In this document: positions 24,821 through 37,568 of the stretch, piece after piece
Position numbering within the stretch: the stretch's first letter is position 1
How the letters are laid out: each line of letters starts with the position of its first letter
From: Lama glama
Taxonomy: Eukaryota
Reading direction: 5' to 3'
Assembly: GCA_028534125.1 (NCBI GenBank)
Contig: CM052816.1
Location: 4,838,001 to 4,902,000, forward strand
Length of the DNA stretch: 64,000 nt
Notes under the pieces: model-generated
Database searches by the model: none
What the model was told of the DNA's origin: nothing
The model's input: the letters and a program-made list of their open reading frames with translations, nothing else
Position numbers and translations under genes: made by a program

Positions 24821-27199
24821 GAGTGAGGGGCCTTCTTGTTTTTTCCAGCTGCAGAAACTGAAGGCCGGGAAATTTAAGACACACAGCTAATTAGTGGCAA
24901 AGTGGTTTGGGCCCCATGATCACCTCTCTGTGCTGCCTCCTCCCTGCACCCATCCCCTCAGAACCCTGCCCTCTTCCATGGGTGACAGTGGACAGCAATT
25001 CTCTTGGGTGACAATCCTTAACCCTGAGAGAGCCCTATTCACCCTGCGGCTTTGGTTCATCACGCCAGTCCCAAAAGGAGACCCTTTTTAATCAGGACCT
25101 CTGGTACCAGACTTAAATCCTTAGGCAGTTAAAGACAGAAAAGACCTCAATTACCTTCACTTTACAGATGGGAAAACTGAGGCCCGGCGGGAAAAAAGTG
25201 CCGTTTACCAAGCACCTCTGGTGCGCCAGACTTCACTCTAGGGGCTTTCTCAGGTGATAACACTTCATTCAAAGGCAGAAAGAACGTATGACTTGTCCAA
25301 GGTCACCTGGCTGCTAAGCACTTAATGAAGACTCACTCAGGACTGCTCTGTTTTCCCTGCAAACACCTCCAAAGCCTTCTCTCTACCATCTACAGAGCGT
25401 GTTAAAAGCGTCGAGTATGAACTAAGCGTTGTATATGTACTAATTCATTCTGTGCACTGAATGGCCCTCCTTGGGGGTTACTATTCTCCCCTCCACTTTA
25501 GAGATGAGGAAAGGGAAGCAGAGAGGTGAAGTCACTTGTTTGAACTCACACAGCCAAGGAGGCCAAAGGCTGAGATTCAGATCCAGGTAGTAAGTCTCCT
25601 GAGTCCACAATCTGAACCTCGGCCCTAGACGGCCACCTCTAATGCACTGCCCTCCTTAAATTTCTGTTAGGTCTGCAAGGTCTTTGGACATTGATGGAGC
25701 AATGCCCCCTACATGAGCGCAAAGTAAAATCAACTAGGTAGTGCCAAGTACAGGTATTATATGTCTTCAGACTGATAGTGCAAAGACTTCAAATGGACCG
25801 TCCAGCGTTCTTGCTTCCCCCGAGGGGTCACCAGCTCTGGCTCCATGGATGCCATTAGCATAATGACAGCCCTATTTGTAGCCTCAGCCCCCATGCTGCC
25901 CATGTCTGCGTGAGTGGCTGCCTCCCAAGACCTCCCCTCGGCTTCATGCTCCACTGGAGAGAGCCCATGGCTGCCTTCATCGACCGCGGCACCCCTAAAG
26001 TCCACTCAGCCACTGCGTGTCCCTGCCCCGTGGCCAGTTCACCAGGAAGACCCCAGGCTATCTCCAAGCTGGCCTGACATTCAAAAGGAGGGAAAGCATT
26101 AAAATAAAAAAACATAACACGGGATATGGGACAACACAACAGAAAAAAGCAGGGGTTTTCTCCAGATGAAAACATTCCTTCATTCATCCAAGATTCTTAC
26201 CACAGTGTCTCACCATCCCAAACTCAATGCTTCTAAGCAAAAGTTCTAGAATTATACCAAATAGCCAAGTGCTCTTTCTAGATTCTTCAAAAATGAAAAA
26301 GAGCATCACACTTCTGCAAAGAGGAAGGAATTGTATGGACTTCGGCAAAACAGCTATGAATTCTTTTGTCATCCTTTGAAGATCATCTCAGGTAGAGAAA
26401 TCAAAAATAGGAAACACTCTACAAACCCTGATGCTAAGGCTTGTGCTCAGGTGGAACAGCACTAAGGAGGTGAGCCTGGGTGCTGGGCTGCCTGGGTCTT
26501 ACTCCTGTCTGCCACTTACAGACTGTGTGACCCTGGGCAAGGGACCTGTCCTGACCACACCTCACTCTCTTCCTCTGTAAACTGGGCATGATACTAGTAG
26601 GTATGCCGGTGTGGTGGGATTGTTATAAAGTCTCCATCAGGTTACGTACGTAAGGCTTTCAATAAATGTTAGTGGCTATCAGCATGTGATGATTTTTGTT
26701 GACAAAAATAAGGTTTGTTATATTAATGAGAGTTCTTTCTATTGAAAGAGACAGAACCCAGCTGAAATTAGTTTAAAGAAAAAAGAAAAGGAACGCATTG
26801 GCTGGCGCATCCGGAGGCACACAGGTGGTCCCGGCCCCGGGCTAGTCAGAATCCCGGAGCTCACACAGCATTAGAGTCAGTCTCTGTTCAACACAAGATT
26901 TCATCTCGGCTTCGGTCAACGAGTTGTCCTCATAGTCTGCTCAGGGATACTGTTTCTGGGATCAGTTCCTCCAACACAGGACACATGCAGTAAGATCTTT
27001 AGTTCCTCCATCTCCATCTTCAATTCAAAAAATTCCAGGGAAATTATATGCGTTTTCCTGTGGCCAGGAAAGTGGGATCTGTTATCAGCTACCCCATCAG
27101 AACCACATGGGGCAGGAGAGAAGTCTTCCCAAAAAAGAAGGATGCACTAGGAAATACTTATTCATATGTAAACCAGTTTGTCACAACAAAGTCCCTTTA

Positions 27200-27331
27200 T
27201 TTACTTATCTTTGGGGGAGGGAGGTGACTAGATTTGTTTGTTTGTTTGTTTTTAGTGGAGGTACTGGAGATTGAACCCAGGACCTTGTGCATGCTAAGCA
27301 TGTGCTCCACCACTGAGCTATATCCTCCCCC
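27200..27331 (-). mobile_element. Camelid tRNA-derived SINE (Vic-1 type)
   Basis: Reverse strand GGGGAGGATATAGCTCAGTGGTGGAGCACATGCTTAGCATGCACAAGGTCCTGGGTTCAATCTCCAGTACCTCC plus (AAAC)n tail. Confidence 0.9.
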
Positions 27332-27596
27332 TTAAATTATTTTTTTTATTTATTTGACAAAGTCCCTTTAAAGAGTGTACACTCCCCATCTACCTACGTA
27401 GATCTATAATAGTCAATATATACACACATTATTCAACAAACAATAGAAATGAACCATAAATTGTATACACTCTGTAATCCCTTTAGGATTAAGTTTATAT
27501 TTTCTTCTGTCCTCCACAGCGCCTGCACAGAACAGTCACTCTAAGAAGTATCTGCGAAGTGACTAATAACTTAGTTCTAAAATCAAATTATGTCAA

Positions 27597-27990
27597 TGTA
27601 TTAGTTGGGATTATGCTTCAGTTTAAAAAAATAACCCCCCAAAGCTTAGTGACTTAGCACAAGTTACTTCTCACTCATGCAAAGTCCATTGCGGTACAGG
27701 AGACTCGCCAAGGCAACTGTCCTTGGGAGATACCCCCCAACTTCACCGCCCTGCAGTGCACCACCTGTAACACAGCGCCTCCTCAGTCAACATGCAGAAG
27801 GGAGCTGCGGGAAGCAGGGGGTGGGGCTCATACTGGCGATCAAGTCCACTCCAGAAGGGACCCATAGCACTCTCATTGGCTAGACCACGCTGGCTAGACC
27901 CGGGCACCAGCCCCATCTACTGCAAAGAACTGGGGAAAATCATCTTTCATATGCCTGCAAGGTGAGGAGAACCAGGTATGTGTGAGCTCC
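27597..27990 (-). mobile_element. Old MLT1 (I/J-like) MaLR LTR
   Basis: tgtattagttggga...aaagcttagtgacttagcacaagttacttctcactcatgcaaagtcca...tcattggctaga. Confidence 0.65.
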
Positions 27991-28269
27991 GTCTCCACCA
28001 AAATCATTTAAGATAAAACTATATCCTGTAAAACTTACACCCCAATTTTTAAATATTAAGAGGATCCAAAGAAAAGAAAGTGGCCTAAAACCTATTAATA
28101 GGGCTTTCCCTACTACTCTACCACGGAGCTCCATTCCCCACATTTCTGACTAAACCCCTATTACAGCCCAGCGGAGACTAATTCTATTTGAAAGTTCAAA
28201 GTTTATTTATGTTGCACGCTCCACTATTAGACAGAAATGACCTTCAAAATCCAATTGAGCATACAATCT

Positions 28270-28790
28270 TACTAGAGGCAACTGACAGTTCTTTGCAAGA
28301 GCCTTTAAAAAAAAAAGCCTACTCTTTGACCCTGTAATTCCACTTCTGTGATTTACCCTGAGGAAATAAGCATGCATATGCACACAATTTAGCTACAAGG
28401 ATGTTCCTTGCAGCCTATTTGTAACGGGGAAAGGGAAGAATTAACCTAAATGCCAGAGAGAGTGTGTTGGCTAAATAAATTAAAGTATGTCCTCACACCA
28501 GAATACTATGCATCCATTAATAATCACACTGTGAAGGCATATTTAATAACATGAAAAGAGGTTTGTGGTACATTAAGTGGGGGAAAAGTGTGCTATAAAA
28601 TGGTATGTACACCGCATATGCCTCAGAAAGGTTCTCGAAGAAATATATCATGGGGTTATCATATTTGCTTCTGTGTGGGTGGGGTTATGAGTGGTTTTAT
28701 TTCCTCTTTTTTTGCTAAACTATTATTTTCTGCTAGTATGAGTACTGCCACTGAAATAAGAAAAACAAGGGAGTTTAAAGTATAAATAAA
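28270..28790 (+). mobile_element. Ancient L1ME-type 3' region
   Basis: ctttgaccctgtaattccacttctgtgatttaccctgaggaaataa...caaggatgttccttgcagc...gaatactatgcatccattaa. Confidence 0.75.
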
Positions 28791-30839
28791 CACTATCCTT
28801 GGGCCTATCACACAGCCACGGCTCATAATGGGGCTTTTATCTTAAAACCTGACTGCAGGTGACAAGGGTCTTTACCACTCACAGTCAGTACTGGTGACAA
28901 GAACAGCAGGCAAATTTCTGGGAGATGGCACTTCCCAGTTTATAAGACCTTTCAAGTGCAGAAGGCTCAGCACAACTGTAAGGGAAGGGGGTACAGGCCC
29001 TGCTACCCCATGTAAAGCTGAGGCTCAAAACTTCAACGTGACTTACCTGCCCAAGGGTGGCATGGGAATCCAGGACTCTGCGAGGCCGCTGCGCTGTCCC
29101 CCTGCAAGGAACCAAGGGTATCCAAGGGTATCATTCACATAGAACATAAGTGAAATGTGCCCCCTGGAGTTGTGCGGCGTCCAGTCCTGCTCAGACCCTT
29201 GCCGGAGAGCCACAAGTCCTCCTACCCTGGTGAGCCAGCCCGTGTCCGCAGTGGGTCACAGGTAAGCAGGCAAATTCATGTTCAACAGATATTTACTGAG
29301 CAGCCCTATGAGTCAGAGCTGTGGGGGCACCTGAAGCTAGTAAGTCTGGCCTTTATTCTTTCGGCAATGAAGAGATATTTGAGGTGCTAAGCAGGAGAAT
29401 AATGGAAGGAGAGCTGTATTTTGGAAATAACATTCTGGTAGAAAGAAGAGTCAGTGAAGGTGAACAAGACCAGAGCGGCAGAGAGACCGATGAGTTAGGA
29501 GGCCGCTGCAGTCATCTGGGCAGGAGAAAACAAACGCCTAAACTAAGGCAGAGGCACCTGCGTGGCAGAAAGCACCAACATCATCATCATTCTGATAATG
29601 TTAGTAGGAGCTACCACTTATTGAGGACTTTTTATGGGCCATATGCTATGCTAGTAATTTACATAATGACCCCATTCAATCTTCAAACTAACCGTATGCA
29701 GTAGGCAATATAATTATCCCCATTTCTGAGGCTAGGGTTCAGAAGAGTTGGGACGCCTCCCCACGGTCACATGGCTAGTATGTGTCAGTGAGTCCAACTT
29801 AGGCCTGTGTAACTTCAAAGCTCGTCGTCTGAGCCATCATGCTAAGAATGCGTAAAAGAAGGTAGACGACTAATGGATGACAGAGGGAGGGAATGAGTTC
29901 CCTTTCGGATATGTGGAATTCCATGGACTATATGATGGGTGAATCCAGGAGACATGGAGAAAGGATGGGGCTGAAGATGAGTCTGTGGAAGCCATCAGTG
30001 AGAAGCTGAAAGCTGATGCCATGTAAACGACCAGCTCCTGGAGCAAGTGCCCCAAGCAGACCACCTTGAATGGAAAGCTTCCATTTCCATCTCTGGAAAA
30101 GCAGAAAGCTTTTTCACAAAGCAAAATACAATCAAGGCAGGAGGAAAATCAGGAAAGCATAGGGCCGAGAAGACAATGAGTGGGAGAGCTCCAAAAAGCA
30201 CAGCTCGACTCAGTGGTGTCAGGTGCTGTATCTCCAAGGACAGGCGCTGATATTTTTCAGCCCTTGTTCAGTGCCAGGTACTATTCTGAGTGCTTTGTGT
30301 ATGTTAGCTCCTTTAATCCTCGTGACATTGCCATAGGTAGACCAACTCCCACTTTTCATATAAGAAGACTACCCTGTCCCAGGTCCTATGGCTTGTAAGT
30401 GGTGGAGCAGCAACTCAAAGCCGGGCAGTCTAATTCTACAGGCGACACTCACGGCCTCTACACTGTCTGGTTCTGTATCTGATACTCATGATCTCTGCAC
30501 CATATTGCCTTCCTCAGTAATGTCTAACATTTTTTGAACATTCAATAAATGCCAGGCCCGTTCTAGATACTAACCACTTAATCCTCCCAATAGCCTTATT
30601 AGGTGGGTACCATTATTATTCCTATTGCACAGAGGGGAATACAGAATTATAGAATCACACAGCTGGTAAAACCAAAAAGGTACAGTGGACCCATCCATGA
30701 GGAAACTAAAGAACTATCAATCAGCACTTGGTGGGTGAAGGTGAGTTGGCAGGAATCCTAATCAAAGTGAAATGTAGCAATGAAAATTCAGAGCTCAATG
30801 GAAACTAGAAAATTATGAAACTTCAGTGCTGGAGGAAGC

Positions 30840-31150
30840 CTGGGATCACGTTAACGCTGGTCACCGAATGCCAGGCACATGGTCGGAACTCATTTTCTGG
30901 CCCCTGTGCTTCTGTGGGCCATGGGACTAGTTCCAACCAATGAGTTGTCAGAGGAAATGACACTTCTAGGCCATCTGACTGCCAGTAAAAGACCCTCCAG
31001 AGCACTCTTTCCCTCCATCATAGCAGTTTGCAGCAATGGAAACGATGGCTGCTCCATCAACCTGAGACTGAGAGCACTGGGAAGTGGAGACGAGCCTCAG
31101 CTGACCCACTGTGGGTGTGTGGCAAGAATGAGAAATAAACCTGGCTGATA
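30840..31150 (+). mobile_element. Old MLT1 MaLR LTR fragment
   Basis: ggccatgggactagttccaaccaatgagttgtcagaggaaatga...gatggctgctccatcaacctgag...gaatgagaaataaacct. Confidence 0.7.
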
Positions 31151-32858
31151 CAAAGCCTTAAATGACCTGTGGGGAAACTGAGGGCCCAAAAGGAGAGAGA
31201 TCCACCCAGCATCACAAGGCTGGCTACCTAGAGACACTGAGGGGCAAGAATCGCCCCGTGGCATCCCATCCCACCCAATTATCTTTCCTTCATCCCTCAC
31301 TGAGCATTTTGTACATCTGGTAAGTCACTGCCCCTTCTAACCCAAAGCCTATTCTGCTTCTGTAAATGAATAGAAAGGCTGAACTAAGCAAATCATTGCC
31401 TAATTTTTACAAACTATCTCCTAGTGCAACACACTCACAACTCAAGGAGGGGTCTGCAGGGGTTGAGGAGGGAAATCCTGCTCTATTATTTATAGAACCA
31501 AGGCTAATTTAATTAAGTTTTGACAGAAAGTGCTCAGTTTCGCAGACACTTGCCACTGGTCTCTCCTGCAGTCTGGATCTCCTCGTAGTAACTGACTTCG
31601 CTCCATCTTCCCCTTTGATGTATGAGGCTATAAAACAGGGAGCGAGCAAGTCACCTTCGAAGAGGCCTTTTGTCATTGCAATAACTAGAAGTAATTTATG
31701 TGCACCTGGAATTTGGGTTCTCCGTCTCTGACTAGGCAACAGACTGAAATCACAATTAGGATGCTGGCAGCCAATCGGAAGGTCAAAGTGACTCTGAAAG
31801 GTATCAGTCTTCTAGAATCTAGGATAAGGGAACATCAGTATCCATGCTCAGCAATTAGACCATCAGCGAAGAATTTAGACCCAGGCTACCTCTTGTATAG
31901 TTGGGATTTAGTTCACCTTTGCAGGTATCCTGGGACACCTTCCTCTTCATGACCACCATCTATGTCCCTCCCATCCTTCACAACCCTGTTTAATTCCTGC
32001 CTCTTCTAGGAAGCCCTCCCTGACTACCCTAGCCTATGATATATATTGTATATTCTGACTTTATAATTCTTTGGGCTCTTGTCACATTCTCCCTTGGTGC
32101 ATGCTTTTTATGTTTGCATGTCTAGACTTTGGAGGTCATGTTTCCATAGAAATAGGTTTCATCTCAAGTGCCAACTCTGATCAGTTAGTACTGGCTATCT
32201 AGAGTGCCAGGAAGAGAATGCCAAGGCTGCAGCTGGGCTCAGCGGTGAAGAGTGTAGTGATTGATTAGCAAGGTCTACAATGGACATGGCCAGGAAAAAT
32301 GAAAATGTATGGCATATGTCAGCCCTCTATCCTATAAACAGTAAATTCTTTAAAGAGAGCGTCCATAAACTGAATTTATTTATATTCCTAGGGACATCTG
32401 CATAGGCACCCAATGCATGTTCAAAAGTTATTTGATGCATAAATATTCCTCATTTTAACAATGACCTAACTCTAACGCATTAATCACGTGAGTTCTAATT
32501 ATTGTTCTTTCAAATAGCCCTTAACACACATACACATAGATCTGGCTCCCATCAGGAATCTTTCCAAAGCTAGATTTTATGTGAAGGATGGCTCTTGAAA
32601 CATCAGCACCTTAAGGTTTCTGAATCTCAAAATATTAATACCTTAATAATTCCTAGCATCTGTGCAGCTATTAATGATTTTCAGAGTTTTTGTACCTCAT
32701 TTGATTATTACGTGACTTTCATGAGGTAAAAGATTATTCCCATTTTATAGCTTGTAAACAACGTGTTCTATCACATAATGATTAGTCAGACGAGAAGAGG
32801 TAACTCAACAAACACCTGCCAATCCCCCAAAAGTAAAATAAGCACTTAAGGTCTAGGC

Positions 32859-33112
32859 CAATGTTTCCTAAAGGTTTGTTTCCCATGGAACATCAGGATT
32901 TTGTAGGGCCACAACGTGTCTTCTTGTGGTCAAGTAAGTTTGGGAAATACCAGCAGATTTCCATAGGAGAGGTCTTCTGGGAGCTTCTACGACATTAACG
33001 CCCTTGGTGAATGGCACACAGGACCCTTGACATGAAATATTTCCCAGCTATTTGACCTCAGAATCCTTTGATGAGAAGCATCTGAGTTCTACAAAACTTT
33101 CTAGGAAATGCT
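32859..33112. mobile_element. MER112-like hAT-Charlie element with internal inverted repeats
   Basis: caatgtttcctaaag...tgtggtcaagtaagtttgggaaatac...atatttcccagctatttgacctcagaa...ctaggaaatgct. Confidence 0.7.
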
Positions 33113-33326
33113 TACCTGGGCTCATCAAACTCTTATCCTTCGTTTTTACCAAAAGTTACCCACAAGAGAACCAAAAGGATAGCAGAGTAATTAAGAGCCT
33201 GGGCTCCAGAATCCAACTAGTTTCAAGTTTTGGCCCCAGCACGTACTGGCTGTGACCTTGGCTGAGTCCTCACTTCCCCACCAGGAACATGCAGATTCTA
33301 ACAGGGCCTAACTCCTAGGACTGAGT

Positions 33327-33826
33327 NNNNNNNNNNNNNNNNNNNNNNNNNNNNNNNNNNNNNNNNNNNNNNNNNNNNNNNNNNNNNNNNNNNNNNNNNN
33401 NNNNNNNNNNNNNNNNNNNNNNNNNNNNNNNNNNNNNNNNNNNNNNNNNNNNNNNNNNNNNNNNNNNNNNNNNNNNNNNNNNNNNNNNNNNNNNNNNNNN
33501 NNNNNNNNNNNNNNNNNNNNNNNNNNNNNNNNNNNNNNNNNNNNNNNNNNNNNNNNNNNNNNNNNNNNNNNNNNNNNNNNNNNNNNNNNNNNNNNNNNNN
33601 NNNNNNNNNNNNNNNNNNNNNNNNNNNNNNNNNNNNNNNNNNNNNNNNNNNNNNNNNNNNNNNNNNNNNNNNNNNNNNNNNNNNNNNNNNNNNNNNNNNN
33701 NNNNNNNNNNNNNNNNNNNNNNNNNNNNNNNNNNNNNNNNNNNNNNNNNNNNNNNNNNNNNNNNNNNNNNNNNNNNNNNNNNNNNNNNNNNNNNNNNNNN
33801 NNNNNNNNNNNNNNNNNNNNNNNNNN
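33327..33826. other. Assembly gap (500 N)
   Basis: Run of exactly 500 N, the round size of a scaffolding placeholder; followed by (AAC)n. Confidence 0.99.
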
Positions 33827-35489
33827 AACAACAACAACAACAAAACAAAGCAAAAGCTTCCTATGACCCTCTGGGAAGGAAAAAGGGCACACTGCAGACA
33901 TCAACCAAATCTAGTTATTTACTCATTCATCATATATAAATGCCTACCATATGCCAGGCCCCAGGGCTTAGGGCTTATGAATCAGGCACTGATGCTTTAG
34001 CAGTAATAATAACGATGTCTTCTCTTGACTTTTGAAGGCATGAAAATAAAGACGGGGAAACAGAAAGGGAAGAAATATCAAATCACTTGAAGCCAGGATG
34101 TATTCTCAGGTGATCAGCCACCTGTCAGCCCAGGATGAAAAGGTGTTAATTTGAATGAAGAAAGGGGCACGGCAATTTTTTCCCCACAGCAATACATCAA
34201 GTTGTTCTCCAGGTGACTTCACGCGCTTGGCAAACTCCGTGTGCTGCACAAAATTGAATTCCGAGGCTTGGGGAAGCCTGGGCAGGCTTGAGATGCATGA
34301 GGATTTATTGCTTCAGGTACTTAAAATGCCTCCCAGTAAATTTGTTGTGACCTTCTCCCCCGGCCCATGGCCCCACGTTAACCACTGCCTGGGGCTGAGC
34401 AAAGGTTAACAGCACACCAATCAAGAAAGAGCAACCCCAGAGAGACGGTCCCCGCTTGGTGTAGGGACAGAGAGAACAAAATCCTTCATGTCTCCAGAAG
34501 CCTTAGCTGTGTTCATTTCTCCCCTGGAGCGGCTTCTGTCCTCAGTGCTCACCCTGCCCTCCAGACCTCTCTCATCCTCCCCATCCTGTCTTTTGTCTCC
34601 CTAGCAGCCCCTCAAGCATCATTCTCCTTTAGCACTAGATAGCTCTTGCTTTTTCCACTGACCTTCTCACCTATTCATGTCTTGTCTTCCCAAGAAGCCA
34701 GCTTAGCTACTTCGCAACTAGTATTTCACATTTGCATAGGACGTTACAATTTACAACCCGCTTCTGGGCCTCACAACCACCCGAGAGGCAAGCACTGCAG
34801 AAATGATCACTCCCACTCCGGAGATGAGGGCACTGAGGCCCAGAGAGGCAGAGTAACTTGCCCAAGGTCACAGAGCAAAAAGGCAGGACCCAAGCCAGGC
34901 CCTCTGTGCAGCAAACTAGCCCCGTCCACCGCCTCTCAGCCACAGGGGCCAGGCCATGTGTTGGCAGTGTGCCTTACACTTAGCAGGACAGTGATCCAAG
35001 TCAGAGACTGGGGGGACTACCTGGAATTCCACAGGGAGGACGGCCAGCCTCCCAGAGGAGGCTCATGTATTTACTTCTGTGCAAATGTATTATCCAATTT
35101 GAGCATACCTGGAGAAGCCAAAGTTTGTTGTGTTTTTTTTTTTTAAGCCAAAACAACAGATTAAAATTTTGGATTAAAACAACAGATTTTTTTTAACTTC
35201 ACTATTATAAGTGAATTTAGGAAATCCATGTATCTCTGAGCCTAAGTATTTTTCCTTGTCAAAGTTCTCATTTTAAAATTTTCCCAGGCACCCTCTTAAG
35301 AATGAGCCTTGGCAGATATTCATTCTACATTTTCTCTTTCACTCAATAGATATTCACTGGGCACCCACAGTGTGCCGAGCACTGTGCGAAGTGCTGAGAA
35401 TTCAACTGAGAATCAGGCAGGCAGATTCCTGCCCTCAGGGGGTCTCACAGTCTGGCAGGATAACGTGGTTATTAAACAAGTAAGTACAA

Positions 35490-35990
35490 AGCAGAATTTA
35501 GAAATGCCGCTCTTGGTAACTCTGTTGGTTGGCATTTAAAATAGTACAACTTTTATGAAGAGCCATTTGGCAGGAGCCATGAAAAAAATTTTAATATGCC
35601 TAACTTAGGACTCAGCAGATACAACGGTAAAACAAACTAAACTAAAACAGCAGATACTAAAGCAAGGGCATAAGGATATAGGTATAAAAATATTCATCTC
35701 AACAATGTTAGTAACTAGGAAAAAAAAAAAGGAAGGAAGGAGAGGGAGGGAGGGAAGGAAAATTTAAGTACTCATCCAGAATCCAGAGGAGTATGGTGTA
35801 AAAAGTTATGATACATTCATACCATAGAATACCATGTAGCCAATAAGTATACATGATAGATCTACAAAAAGTCATGAAGGACACAGACCAAACTATCGCC
35901 TGGGAGTATCTCTGAGCAGTGGGATGGGGATGGTTTAAATGGATAAACTTTCAAACAAGTGGCAACATAACCTTACTTTTGTCATTCAGA
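35490..35990 (+). mobile_element. Ancient L1ME-type 3' region
   Basis: tctgttggttggcatttaaaatagtacaacttttatgaagagccatttggca...acattcataccatagaataccatgtagccaat. Confidence 0.7.
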
Positions 35991-37568
35991 AAACCCGGTG
36001 TAGCAAAATGAGCACTAAATGCTCTGATAGGGAGTACCATTTCTGAGCATCACGCAGGACTTACCCCTCACTTCTTATCATTTCAATTGGCTTATCCTGC
36101 AAGATCCAGCATGTCTCAGTAAGACTCCAAGCATCCTACAACTTGTAACCCCACCTAGTGGCAAACACAGATCAGTCTCAGACACCAAAACTTAGTAGAG
36201 AAGTACAGTGTTTTGCAAAGGGGAGGGTGGATGTGTTGAACTTCACAGCTAAATGGCTGTGACAAAAAGGGGTCTTCCGGAGACCCCCTTACTCACAGGA
36301 TGTTGAGAGGAGAAAACGACCCGAGTATGTGCAGAGGCTGCTTCCCCATCACACATTCACTTGTGCAAGGAACACAATTTCCCTCATTTTTTCTTACGCA
36401 GCTAATTTCCATTTTGAGCTCTTACTCTGCCAAGATGGAGACTTCTTTTCAGTCAATCCATTAGCACCGGCTCTACCCCACCACCGCTCCCAATACACAG
36501 TTTACACACACATAACACCAGGACTGTGGGAAAGTTCAAGGGGTGAGGGGTGTCTGGGAGCCAGGCGCTGGGAGTGGGGGTTACATCTCCACAGGCTGAT
36601 GGAAGGTGCCCCTGTGCCTTCTCACAGGGCTCTTTCTGGCCCAGCAACTCTCCCTTGCTTCTGAGTCGGGAACTCCCTGCACTGCCAGACCATCGCTGCC
36701 TCCCTCCAAGACTGGCCACACCTTCTCCTTCTCTTGCTACTCCCTGCCTGGTGCTCAGCCCAGGGGGCAGGATGTGGGAAGTATCTCTCCCTGACCTGCA
36801 GGATTCACTGCTCTCATCACCTCCACACGGTGGGGGATCTGTGTCTGGTCTGGTAGGGCTGTGAGGAGCTGTAAATCCCCCCCCCGTCCTCCGACACCCT
36901 GGAAGCCAGCTGATGGGAGCACAAAGACTTGGATGCTCCTCCCCAATTTCCCCTGAGGTAATGCAGCATGGCACAGGGTGGAGTAGGGCACGATGCAGGG
37001 ATGGGGAGAGGGCAAATACAAGGAGAATAAGGGAGAGGCTAACGTGTCAAGTGCAAAAGGCATAGCGTGGTGGTTCAAGGTTTGGTTACTGGCATACGAT
37101 TGTCTGGGTTGGACTTACTAGTGCTGCTCAACTGCTTCACTTTTCTTCAAGGATACCAGTATCCACCTCAGACGGACATTGTAGGAATTCAGTAAGATAA
37201 AGGGAAGCAGACACTGAGTGCCTTGCTCCTTCCCATTCTGCTCACAAACGGACTGACATTTGACATTGGTCCCCAGAGTGCCTTACACACCGCCCCTGCC
37301 CTAAGGTGGGAATGTCAGTTGTCTGAGCATAAACCTCATGCTGACAGCACATACTCTTCTGAGGGACGAAAGACAGAGAGCTGTGTCACCTTCTATAGCA
37401 GAGCCTCTGTAAGTAGTTTCCAGGCCGACATCTCTTCAGGAATGTTCCCAAGGCTGAGAGAAGCCACGGCTGAGGCTAACGGCAATATCCACTCAAAGCC
37501 CCTCCGGGCTTAACCTCAATAACCTCAAAGACCTTGCTCAGAAAATCTTCCACACAGATGTGTCCTAT

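Noticed and set aside
32859..33112. Inverted repeat/hairpin that might be a structured RNA
   Set aside because: Explained by the internal inverted repeats of a MER112-like transposon.
33298..33904. Three long ORFs (177-198 aa) in the ORF track
   Set aside because: They consist of X residues from the N gap; artefacts.
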